DNA of 64,000 nucleotides, from assembly GCA_009859145.1 (NCBI GenBank), contig VRVR01000008.1, positions 71,494 to 135,493 on the forward strand, in the 5' to 3' direction. Positions 30,653 to 40,277 of this stretch are shown here, in pieces. The stretch is from Andalucia godoyi And28 (lineage: Eukaryota > Protista > Jakobida). The position numbers and the translations under genes were made by a program. Numbering within the stretch: the first letter of the stretch is position 1; each line of letters opens with the position of its first letter. The notes beneath the pieces were generated by a model that saw only the letters and a list, made by a program, of their open reading frames with translations, did not search any database and had not been told where the DNA came from.

Positions 30653-32773
30653 TTACGAGTTGAGGGGGACAAGGATGATGACGGAACCTGCGATGTGGCC
30701 AGTGGTGATTCTGAGAAAATGGAAGCCAAGGACATGGGACACCGGTGCAGAGCCTTTCACTATGTGTAAATCAACGGTTACCGAGGCTCGATTGGTGGAG
30801 GATGTCGCTGCCTGCGCTTGCTGGAAGGCAAACAACACACGGGCAAAGTGCGGTGGCTCAATGAGGTCCAGGACAGACCGGGTGCCGGCGACCAAGTCAT
30901 CCACAGTCGTCACACCGCACAGAAGCAACATGTCTGCAAACTCTGTGTTCCAGAACACTGCTTTGCCAGACAGAGAAATCACTGCAGCTGGAAACACAGA
31001 CGACTCCACCAATTTGCGACCACGATCATATGCAGTGTACAGGATTGGATGTGCGTCGACAAGGGACTGCCACGGTCGAAGAAAAACAGATTGCTGGCCG
31101 CTACTCTCCAATAGCGACCGTCGATACAACAACACGGCAGAAAGGACAGAGTCGTCAAGATCCAGAATCCGCTGGCGTGCATACTTCAGGAACATACACT
31201 GAGACAGGGCAGTCACGGAAGGGTTGTTTGAATGAAGAGATGGAAACGCAGAAGACGACGCCGACGCGGACGACGACGCCGATGCGGACGACGACGCCGA
31301 TGCGGACGACGACGACGATGCGGATGATGATGAAGGCTGTGCGCTATGAAAATAATCATCCGAACAGTCGTTCAGCAATGCTGCAAGATCGATGATCTTT
31401 TGAGGATCCTGATCCAAAACGGCCTCGATCTGCGTGATCTGGATGACGCTTGACGATGTCGCAGACTCGTCTGAAAAATTGGCAGGTGCACCGACGAAAA
31501 AGTCCAAGTTATAAAAATACGGATCCAAGTTCGTTGCGCTCGCACTGCTGCTCACCGTGTTTGAAGCGACAGCAGAGGGAATCGGGACGGAAGGATTCAG
31601 CGCAGTAGCAGACGTGACTGCAGCCGGAATCGCATAAACTGGCGTGGATGATGACGGCATCGACGACGATGTGGATGGCAGGAATGATGCTGCTGCTCCC
31701 GCTGCCGCCAACGGTAATGATGTTGGTAAACCAGAAGAGGCAGTGGATAAAACAGATGGACCGGAGCCTGGAACTGCAGAAGAAGAGGACGACGACGACG
31801 ACGCCGACGTCAGTGATGAAGAAGATACAGGAAACATTGTGGCAGGATTTGAAGAACCAGTGGGAGTGGACATCATGGGATGCGCAATGACAAACGAAGC
31901 CGAGTCCGGAGTTCCGTACGAAGGAAAATTTGCAGCCGATGATCCAATCGTCACCGAGTTGAAGAACCGGTCCGTTTGGAACGGCAATGGTGTCAGCGAC
32001 GACGGAAGAGACGCGTATGGATAAGACATGACGGGTTGAACCACTGGAGTGGAGCTTGGCGTGGACCCAGACGCTGCTCCATAGGATGAAGACTGTAACA
32101 ATGATGAAGGTGACAATGAGAAAGACGCAGTGCTTGCAGCAACAACAGAAGATGCTACGGTGGAGGTGGAAGACGAGGGTTTCTGTGTCGAAGAAGCCGA
32201 GTGGATAAGTGCGGGGTGTCGCTCCATGGAGCTCGCCTGTCGATTGTTTCCAGTCACACTGGAAGTTGTGATTCGAACACTGCTGCCCGATTGGCTGGTC
32301 GAGAGCATTCTCCCAAGCTTTGAATTCTTTCGAGGGACATAGCAGCACAATTGGGAAGTACCGCGCTCGACGCATCGCAAGCACGGAAGCTGGCCATCGC
32401 ACTGCCGCTTGCCGCGTCGGCATTCCGTACATGCGCGTGGAATACGCTTTCGCGAATTCGCAGAGGCATATGGATGATCTGGTTTTCGACTGTTATCCTC
32501 TTCTTCGTCATCATCGTCATCATCGTCGTTCTCCTCCTGCTTTAGTCGTTGCGGTTGTAGTCTTTCCGTGAGACGCTGCTCTGGGTGATGTGGCTGATGC
32601 TGCTGCTGGTGCTGCTGGGGTTGATGTTGCGACTGATGCTGCGGATAGGATTGATATTGCGGAGTTGCGGAATACTGCTGGACTAGAGAATACTGATGTG
32701 GGTGATGTGACTGCATGATAATTGGCGTGTTCCCATTTTGCAGTTCGATATGGAGTGGCGTAACGCAGTCCAT
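30653..32773 (-). CDS. Zn2Cys6 + PAS-like transcription factor, array member 6
   Basis: CTECRRGKRQCDGQLPCLRCVERGTSQLCCYVPRK; C-terminal FPAAVISLSGKAVFWNTEFADML...SVLDLI...HVLGFHFLR; ATG at 32773 or 32716. Confidence 0.9.
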   Translation of the reverse strand: MDCVTPLHIELQNGNTPIIMQSHHPHQYSLVQQYSATPQYQSYPQHQSQHQPQQHQQQHQPHHPEQRLTERLQPQRLKQEENDDDDDDDEEEDNSRKPDHPYASANSRKRIPRACTECRRGKRQCDGQLPCLRCVERGTSQLCCYVPRKNSKLGRMLSTSQSGSSVRITTSSVTGNNRQASSMERHPALIHSASSTQKPSSSTSTVASSVVAASTASFSLSPSSLLQSSSYGAASGSTPSSTPVVQPVMSYPYASLPSSLTPLPFQTDRFFNSVTIGSSAANFPSYGTPDSASFVIAHPMMSTPTGSSNPATMFPVSSSSLTSASSSSSSSSAVPGSGPSVLSTASSGLPTSLPLAAAGAAASFLPSTSSSMPSSSTPVYAIPAAVTSATALNPSVPIPSAVASNTVSSSASATNLDPYFYNLDFFVGAPANFSDESATSSSVIQITQIEAVLDQDPQKIIDLAALLNDCSDDYFHSAQPSSSSASSSSSASASSSASASSSASASSSAFPSLHSNNPSVTALSQCMFLKYARQRILDLDDSVLSAVLLYRRSLLESSGQQSVFLRPWQSLVDAHPILYTAYDRGRKLVESSVFPAAVISLSGKAVFWNTEFADMLLLCGVTTVDDLVAGTRSVLDLIEPPHFARVLFAFQQAQAATSSTNRASVTVDLHIVKGSAPVSHVLGFHFLRITTGHIAGSVIILVPLNS

Positions 32774-33100
32774 GGAATTCTGCTTTGAAAACCAGGAAGG
32801 AGCAGCAGTGAGCAGAGTCCCGGGATTTCGATTTTGCTTTCAATACCTGCTTTATAAACCAAAGGCGCGCTTTTGCTCGTGATGGGCGAAGAGCAAACAC
32901 ATAATAAATAACAATAATAAAATCATTATTTTAATATGTATTAGATTAATTTTAAAAAATCGTTTTTACAAATTCGTCAAAAAGGAAAAGATTCGGCTCG
33001 GGTTCCGAACCTGACGAAATGCCGCCCGGACCTTGTCAGTTCGCTCCCCCTCTTCAGTGACATTATCCGGACATCGAGGAGACCTTTTGTCATTTCATTT

Positions 33101-33311
33101 ACAGTATTTCTCCTCCAACCCAAAACCTCCCCAAAACATTTGTCTCGTCTAAGACAGCTTTTATGACGTAAAGGGACTTCTTTTTTTTAATTTATTAATA
33201 CAGTCGGCATCAGCAGCGCCCATCATCGATTACAAGGAATCGATTGTCAGTATTCGACAGCGATATCACAGCCATCCACCAGACGTTTGGGTTTGCAGGG
33301 TTTATAAAAAT
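33101..33311. mobile_element. MITE-like element copy 2 (inverted relative to copy 1)
   Basis: CTCCTCCAACCCAAAACC...GTTTGGGTTTGCAGGG ends; colinear blocks with the reverse complement of 16866-17123, including a 29-nt identity. Confidence 0.75.
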
Positions 33312-33901
33312 CAGCGCAAAAAAGAATCCTGGAAACGGTCGTAGAGCTCACAACCCATCTACAGTATCACAGACGCCCCTTACGTGAGACTCCAAAACTC
33401 GCTTGAACTGGGAATGCCCGGTGGATTCCCACGCAAGCACGGTGTGTCGCTGGATTCGCAAGCATCCTCATGGGCATCCTCTTTGGGTGCTGGCGGAACC
33501 GAAATATAAAGGGAGTACAAGGTCATTTCCCCACGGCCGCAACATTCTTCCGTCCGCAGCACCCGTCGATTGGTTCGAAATTCCACAGAGGCACGACAAC
33601 TACGGTCGGTGGCGACGACAGAGTCCCTGAAAGAGGGCAAGGATGAAGACGAAAAGGATAAACCAATTTTTCTTTTGACACAACAAAATATAACACAAGA
33701 GGAAAGGAGAAACATAAGACGAGAAAGGGATTTCGGAATTGAATTTTATGGAAACGCCCTTATGCGGGAAGAAGAGGAGACTCGCATTGCGTTTTGCTGG
33801 TTTCTCTTTTTTCGTATTCATCAAAAATCCTCACCCCTCAGATTTTTGATACTTTTATTTAAAATAAAGATAGTCACTACTATACACGAGGAATGAGCTC
33901 T

Positions 33902-35776
33902 TCACAGCAAAAATGCAGGAACAGCAGACGGGTGGGTTGTAACAGTGGGAGGAAGAGGAGTGCAGAAACCAACAACCCCGATCAGAGCATCTCGAGAATC
34001 CCGAACAAACGAGTGGCCGACAGAGTACAGAACGTCTGCGCGGTCCTTCCTTTTCAGTTTTAAAAGCATCACATTTGTCTTGAAACCGGGGTTCTCCTTG
34101 GCATGAATGACCATGGGAAGGATATGTTTCAAAGTCTCTTGCTCTTGCTCCCAGATTTCACACGGATTGAAGTCCGAAGCCAGCAACTGTTCGCGAGTAA
34201 ACACGGAGATATCCAAGAGAGCACCATTAATTTGGTAAAAAAGCCCCTTCGCAGCCACCATGAACGCAGGAAAGGGAAAGCTGTGGATTGCTCGGATCAT
34301 GTCTTCCATTCGACTGCGCAGAAGCGCATCTTCTGCCATCAGAGCATCCACACCAGAAGAAATTCTCTGAGTGGACACCGGATCGGAATACTTGATCCGA
34401 TTCTTGAATTTTCCAATGATTTCCAGCAATGGCTTGTCAAGCTCAAATGCGTGCTTGAGAGCAAAGGCAAGGATCGTTTCTTGCCTCACCTGCGGATCTG
34501 CCGCAAGTACTTCGTGGCATATCTCAACAATAAGCGGATGAAGAATTCCGGGAGGCGACTCAGAGGATGCCGGAAACCCGGACGGTGCTCCTGAGGAGGA
34601 AACCTTTGTGACAACGCAATCAGCAGAATTGGTAGTGCTAGATGTAGCTGACGACGACGACGATGACGACGACGACGGGACCGTATGAAGTTCCGGAGGC
34701 CATTCATGTCTCAATTGGATGTCCGAATTGGTTACAGGACCTTCCACCAACGGACACGCAGATATCGCTGCCTCAAAATTGGATACGTCTGAGAACATGG
34801 ATATGAACTCCGTAAGCAGTGTTTGAAATTTCCGCACATCTGCGTCAGAGGCTGCAGTAGAAGGCTGCTGTTCCGTCACGGGGTCCAAAGGGACATCCTG
34901 AGCAAGTAAGGACTGGATCTTCATTACCTGTTGAGAATGAGGAAAAGACGGGCCACCCGCAGGAGAAAGGTGGTGTGCACATTGTTGAGCGACACTGGAG
35001 CTCAATGCAGCATTGCTCACACCAGGGATCGTTTGTGGTGCGTGAACAGTTGCCCTGTGAGGCAAGTAATGCACAGGCCCTTGGGAAGACGCCGAAATGA
35101 ACGCTGATTGGTGAAACTGAGGATTCTGAACAGGAAACAGACCCCCACTCGCAACACGGGACCTTGCATACACATCAGAAATGCCACTGCAGGAGTTAGG
35201 TTGTAGATGTTCTTGTTGCTGCTGCAATAGTTGGTGCTGCTGGAATAGTTGGTGCTGCTGCTGATGATGCTGAGGTGCATAAAAGCGGTCCACGCCTGGC
35301 ATACCTGGTCGCGGTAGATGCAAGTGGGGCGAGTGAAAGTGCTCGGGATTTGGAGACGCAAGCAAGTGCCGTCCGCTAGCAAACGGTGGAAACGACTGAA
35401 TGGCCGACGCGGTCTTCATCGAAGAAGCCGTCATACACTGGTCTGAGGAATGCTGCTTCGCTGCAGAAGTTGTAAAGGATGGCTCATGAAACAATTCCGG
35501 AATCCCACCAGGCCGGCAAGTCCTCTTTTTTCGAGGCATGTACAAACACTGAGATGCCACTCCTCGATCTATGCAGCGGCTGCAGGGCTGTTTTCCGTCT
35601 CCGTCGCAGGACCTTTTTAATGCGCGACACTCTGAGCATGCCCGATGGCTGCGGCCAGCCACGGAAATCCGTTTCCGGGATTTCCGAGAACCATCATGTG
35701 CATCCACTGGGAACTGGCACGCTTCGTCCTCACTATCCGAGGACGACGTGGACTGTTCTTCGATTGCAGTGATCAT
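33902..35776 (-). CDS. Zn2Cys6 + PAS-like transcription factor, array member 7
   Basis: CSECRALKRSCDGDGKQPCSRCIDRGVASQCLYMPRKKR; C-terminal FPAFMVAAKGLFYQINGALL..FTREQL...LKRKDRADVLYSVGHSFVR. Confidence 0.9.
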   Translation of the reverse strand: MITAIEEQSTSSSDSEDEACQFPVDAHDGSRKSRKRISVAGRSHRACSECRALKRSCDGDGKQPCSRCIDRGVASQCLYMPRKKRTCRPGGIPELFHEPSFTTSAAKQHSSDQCMTASSMKTASAIQSFPPFASGRHLLASPNPEHFHSPHLHLPRPGMPGVDRFYAPQHHQQQHQLFQQHQLLQQQQEHLQPNSCSGISDVYARSRVASGGLFPVQNPQFHQSAFISASSQGPVHYLPHRATVHAPQTIPGVSNAALSSSVAQQCAHHLSPAGGPSFPHSQQVMKIQSLLAQDVPLDPVTEQQPSTAASDADVRKFQTLLTEFISMFSDVSNFEAAISACPLVEGPVTNSDIQLRHEWPPELHTVPSSSSSSSSSATSSTTNSADCVVTKVSSSGAPSGFPASSESPPGILHPLIVEICHEVLAADPQVRQETILAFALKHAFELDKPLLEIIGKFKNRIKYSDPVSTQRISSGVDALMAEDALLRSRMEDMIRAIHSFPFPAFMVAAKGLFYQINGALLDISVFTREQLLASDFNPCEIWEQEQETLKHILPMVIHAKENPGFKTNVMLLKLKRKDRADVLYSVGHSFVRDSRDALIGVVGFCTPLPPTVTTHPSAVPAFLL

Positions 35777-36362
35777 TTATCCCAGGATCTGCGAAAACTG
35801 CGTCTAATGGGTTACTGGACACACCATGTAGAACAACCACGAAAGAATGTATGTACAAAACTGGAATCAGAGGAGGCGATGACACCACTGGTTTGGCGGA
35901 AACAAAAACAAAAAAGAAAACCTCTGAACTCCCGGACTGCGAACTCAGAAAGGAAGCAGAAAAGTCCGGTCGAAATCAGGAACAAAGTCCGCGGGCATCA
36001 GCTCCATCGGAACTCCGTCAGCTCGAGAGCATCCGTCTGCCGAGACAGTGACAACGTACCTGTCTCCAGTTCAACGACGCGGGGAGTGTGGAGCGTGAAT
36101 CGTCGGGGGGAGGAACGGGCGTGCTGGTACTTGTTTCTTATGGATCATGGTGCCAGTCGTGAAGAATGATAGCAACTCTTATTTTAATTTTCATTGAATC
36201 TCTCGAAGAAATCCCTCCCCCGCATACATGGCATCCGAGAGCGACTAAAGGCAGGTCCATTTTCTCCTTTTCTTCTCCTTTTCTTCGTTTGTTTTACAAA
36301 CAATGGGATCCACAGGATCGGCAAAAAAGAAGGTGCAATGCAGGACACCAGCGCAGTACAAA

Positions 36363-37061
36363 CTAATCCTCCTTTCGTGGCTTTCTAGACGGAGAAACCG
36401 TTCGATGTTGGTTCTTGGAGGGAGATGGAGTAGTGGCAGTCTTGGCTCCAGCATGGCCGGTCTTCTTTCGCTCTTGGTCTCGCTTGACATAGATCGCCGT
36501 CGTGAATGGTCCTTCAAACACGAGTGCAATCTGATACATGAAATACACTGCGGCTGCGAGCACAAGGCCGGCAGGAGAAGCCTTCCACAGCGCAGAACCC
36601 ACAAAGCACAGAGAGGATCCGTTGTACATCGGATCCGAAGTGACATTGAAAGGGAAGCCCGTGACACGGTTGTCCATCAGGATTCCAAAGTAATCTCCAA
36701 GATACGTGCCCGTCACCCCAAGCCGATACATGGACGTCAGGACCAAGACAGACCCAAAGACAAACGCAACTGCACCGAGGCCTTTGAACACAACATTGTC
36801 CAGCAGAGGAGATGTCGACTGCAATTCCAACGCCCGTTCAAACACATAATCTCTGTAAATGGAAAACGAGAAGATCCATGCTGCAAGCAAGTAGCAGCCC
36901 AAGTATCGCGACCCAAAGGCAATTTTCGTCAGCAAATGGGTGTAATACTCAATTCGCGCAAGAATATTCCAGATCGTCGGCGCAAGAACAGTCACAATCA
37001 ACGCCCACACAAAAGTCGGCTCGTTGAACTTCACTTCCCAAGTGTTGACGGACATGGTCAT
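36363..37061 (-). CDS. PEMT: Phospholipid N-methyltransferase (PEMT/Opi3 family)
   Basis: PTIWNILARIEY, LGVTGTYLGDYFGILM..RVTGFPFNV..DPMYNGS, ALVFEGPFTTAIY. Confidence 0.94.
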   Translation of the reverse strand: MTMSVNTWEVKFNEPTFVWALIVTVLAPTIWNILARIEYYTHLLTKIAFGSRYLGCYLLAAWIFSFSIYRDYVFERALELQSTSPLLDNVVFKGLGAVAFVFGSVLVLTSMYRLGVTGTYLGDYFGILMDNRVTGFPFNVTSDPMYNGSSLCFVGSALWKASPAGLVLAAAVYFMYQIALVFEGPFTTAIYVKRDQERKKTGHAGAKTATTPSPSKNQHRTVSPSRKPRKED

Positions 37062-37500
37062 AGTAAGCAATCCACTGATCCAGCAGTCTTTTGTTAATTA
37101 TTAATTATTTTTTTCCCTTCAAATAATAATAATAGTAATAAACAAAAGGATGAAAAAGAAAAGAAAAAAGGTTTTAAAAAGGTCTACAATCTCCCAAATA
37201 GAAACCCTTCCGATTCCAAAACAAACAAACATACATACATACATACAGGCACACACATACACATTCCATGCAGAAAGAAAAGAGGGAAGCCAAAGAAAAA
37301 GAGGCTCGAGTTCCTCGGTCAATGGGAAAATCGCATACACGTGTGCATAGTCGAACCAACAGAGGTCCGGCAGATGCGTCTTGATGCAAGAATGCCCGAC
37401 GCTCTTTTTTTCTTTTGCCTTCTTCTTCTTTCTTCGTCGTCGTCGTCGTCGTCGTCGTCGTCTTTCCGTTTTCTGGCGACGGTGGTGGTGGTTGCGGCAA

Positions 37501-38002
37501 ATGGTGGATCTTGTTGGACAGCACAAGATCGATTCGTTTGCATTTGTTGCATCGATTGCGTCTGCAATCATTGCATTTGTTTCTGGATTTATGCTTCAAG
37601 ACATGCGATTTTCACTGCATTCGTTTGGCGGATCCATCGTTCTCATCCTTTTCGTATGTGTGTCTCCCTCTCTCGTACTCTTTCATTCTGTCACTATCCC
37701 TTTCTCTATTGTGTTTTTTGTCGTGGAGAAAAACAATGGATGGACTTCAATGTCCGGAAGGAAACAGAAGCGGTGAAAACAAACAAAACAAAAATAACCA
37801 CGAGGCTTCGTTACTAATATTTATTCATTTCGTTTCATTTCATTTCTCGTCGTTTGTTGTTTTGTGCTGCGCGCAGATGACTGTTCCGAATTGGCCATGG
37901 TGGAACAGACACCCACAATTGTTCATTACGGATCTCGGTGAAAGGCAGGAAGCTGGAAAGGCAAAACTGGCCCAACTGAAGAAACGGCTTCCAGGGTGTT
38001 AA
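37501..38002 (+). CDS. SPCS1: Signal peptidase complex subunit 1 (SPC12); exons 37501-37653 and 37877-38002
   Basis: MVDLVGQHK + two hydrophobic helices, GTATGT donor, CTAAT branch, CAG acceptor, then TVPNWPWWNRHP (family P-x-W-P-x-x-x-R-H-P motif). Confidence 0.82.
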
Positions 38003-38134
38003 TCGCGAGAATGCCGTCTTCCCGAACTCTCGTTTCTACAAGCGATGAGCAACAGGAGAGAAGCCTCTTCTTGAGGAATAATAATAATAATAATAATAAA
38101 TAATTGGGTACAATCATCTCGCACACGGACCACA

Positions 38135-39181
38135 TCACTCGGCAGATGATCGTTCCAATGACGCTTGCAAAATCTTTGCATCGTCGACGAGTCGCTGAAG
38201 GCGAGGACCAGAAAACTCAGAAGGCTTTTCGCTCTCGGAAATGGGCTTCTTCAAGCTGCTGAGCGACGTAACAATGGTTCTGATCTGTCGACACAGCTCC
38301 ATGAATCGGTCGTGCTCGCCGAGGAAACGCTTGGCTGCGGGACCCAGACCAATCAACGTGGGTTCGACCGAGTGCACAACCCACGGCTCAAAGTCCGTGA
38401 TGTACGATGTATTGAACAGCCGCAGTCCGCCTCCAAGACTCCTGAGATGGTCCTGCAGCATCAGTGTGATTTCTTCAATTCGACGCACATACTCGTCTGC
38501 ATTCTGCGACGTGGGCATTTGAAGATCCGCGTACTGCCGCTGCAGCAACGCAAATCGCGTTCGCAAGTCGACTACTCGTGTTGAAAACTGATCAAACATC
38601 GCATCCACATCGGTTGCCACGAGGGTATTGGTCTCAAGGATAGTCTGGATCCTCCTCGTCAGATCAGGGGTGAACAGCTCCAGCTCGGATGCAAATGCCT
38701 GCGATTCCGGTAATGAAGAAATGTACGAGAGCAACTGCATGTCCTTTGAGTGTGCTTCGGAAATCGCAGAGTCCGAGCTCGGGCCAGAGACAAGCCCATG
38801 GATCGAAACACAGTCGAGAGTCAGTGACGCCAGATCGTGAATGAACCGGGTGTTTTCTTCTCGCATCGCAGTTCCTTCAATCACATCGAGCCGCTGCACG
38901 GGACAGCATCCGAGCAGTGCGCAATATGCAGTAAGTTCCGAAGTCCATGCATTGGTTCCTCCTGGAAACTCCAGTTCAGGCCGGCTCGAGCGAGGATTTC
39001 CAGGAAGCGGTCCTCGATGCTCAAAGTAGACATGGGCAGGGAACAAACGAACAAGAAAGTCAATCAGCCGGCGACGGAACAATCCTCCAGAAACAACATC
39101 GTCCTCCGTAATCTTCTGCAAATCAGGATATCGAAGTTCCCGCAACAACGCCGCAATCTCGGAAAGCGTCGGATTATTCAT
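38135..39181 (-). CDS. HAUS7: Augmin/HAUS complex subunit 7 (plant AUG7-like length)
   Basis: LRELRYP, KDMQLLSYI..FASELELFTPDL, FNTSYITDFEPW, LIGLGPAAKR and ILQASLER match AUG7/HAUS7 blocks as recalled. Confidence 0.8.
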   Translation of the reverse strand: MNNPTLSEIAALLRELRYPDLQKITEDDVVSGGLFRRRLIDFLVRLFPAHVYFEHRGPLPGNPRSSRPELEFPGGTNAWTSELTAYCALLGCCPVQRLDVIEGTAMREENTRFIHDLASLTLDCVSIHGLVSGPSSDSAISEAHSKDMQLLSYISSLPESQAFASELELFTPDLTRRIQTILETNTLVATDVDAMFDQFSTRVVDLRTRFALLQRQYADLQMPTSQNADEYVRRIEEITLMLQDHLRSLGGGLRLFNTSYITDFEPWVVHSVEPTLIGLGPAAKRFLGEHDRFMELCRQIRTIVTSLSSLKKPISESEKPSEFSGPRLQRLVDDAKILQASLERSSAE

Positions 39182-40277
39182 TTTGCGTCACGAAGCTATC
39201 TTCTGTTTTTTTTTTTTTGTTTTTCCCCCCTTCCTTCTTCTTTTCTTTCTGTTGGTCTGTTGTTGCAAGCAAAGTCGTTATTTTTCCAGGCTTTCCGTTA
39301 ATTTAAATTTTTCAAAATGAAATGGGAAAGAATAATTTAAAAGAAGCCTTTGGAATTGAGCGTAGACATGTGCTCTCTCGTCCCAGTGCAATGATTATCA
39401 TGCAATGCTGTATTCAAATTCTTTTTATTTTTATTTTTCTCTTTCTCTCTCTTTCCTCTCCTCACCGCTCGCCAAAACATGAATCATTCTTGATCATCAG
39501 GCTACGCTGTCACCGAAGACAGATCAAAACCACGTGTTTTTTATTTGGGGGCGAGCGCCAACTTTGTATCAAAGGATCATCGCAGTCAACATATTCCCCA
39601 ACCGATTCGTCATTCAAAAAATGAACGTTGGAGGAAACAGAATGTAGTCGGCGGCGCTGCACATCGCGCCTGACGACGCTTTTGCCATTGCTCCTTCTTG
39701 TTCTCTGACTTGAAAGCGCATTCCGAACGAAATCAATCACATCTCCGTGATTTAATGACCATCCGCTTGCTCAGCAAGTTGCGACAAAAAAGGATCAACG
39801 AGTTTCTTGGTTCTCGGTGTCTTCGGGCATGGCCGGTTTGAGTTTGCTAGGAAGATCCCTCTTTGGAGCCATGCGATGTTTTGTCTTTGTCTTTGATGAG
39901 GTGCTGCTTGAGGGTTCGATTATAAACAACCAAACAAACAGAGAAACATAGAAAGAATAAAAAACGTGAAGAATGAAAGAAATTCTGGACTTGACTACGG
40001 TAAGAAAATCGTATTTTGTTCGATATTCAGCGTTGATACACAAAGCTGTCAGCCGTCCTTTTTCAGTGTGCTCTGCGCAATATGTTCAAGAACGCCTTTG
40101 AAAATTGATCCTGTCTCGGATTATTTAATTACGCAGTATAGCAAAAGGCAATATTTCTTTCTTTTTTATATTATTTACTTTTGTTTGTTGTGCAGCGCGT
40201 TTCTATCTGTGATTGCAAAAAAAAAAAAAAGAAGAGAAAGAAAGAAAGAAAGAAAGAAAAGGGGGAGGAAAAAAAAC

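Noticed and set aside
33005-33018. CGG-N8-CCG and other CGG pairs upstream of member 6 as autoregulatory sites
   Set aside because: Such triplet pairs are frequent at this GC content, and the specificity of these TFs is unknown.
33380-33715. Short minus-strand ORF between members 6 and 7
   Set aside because: No motif, no clear start or splice structure; may be 3' UTR of member 7.
37719-37804. 6-bp stem (TCGTGG/CCACGA) enclosing an A-rich stretch in the SPCS1 intron
   Set aside because: No C/D or H/ACA boxes; too short to call an RNA.
39966-40277. N-terminal extensions of ORF-track calls (also 57473-57835, 21708-21989, 24885-25037, 10322-10522, 14305-14394)
   Set aside because: They translate AT-rich UTR, promoter or intron DNA from non-ATG or upstream starts; homology begins at the downstream ATG.
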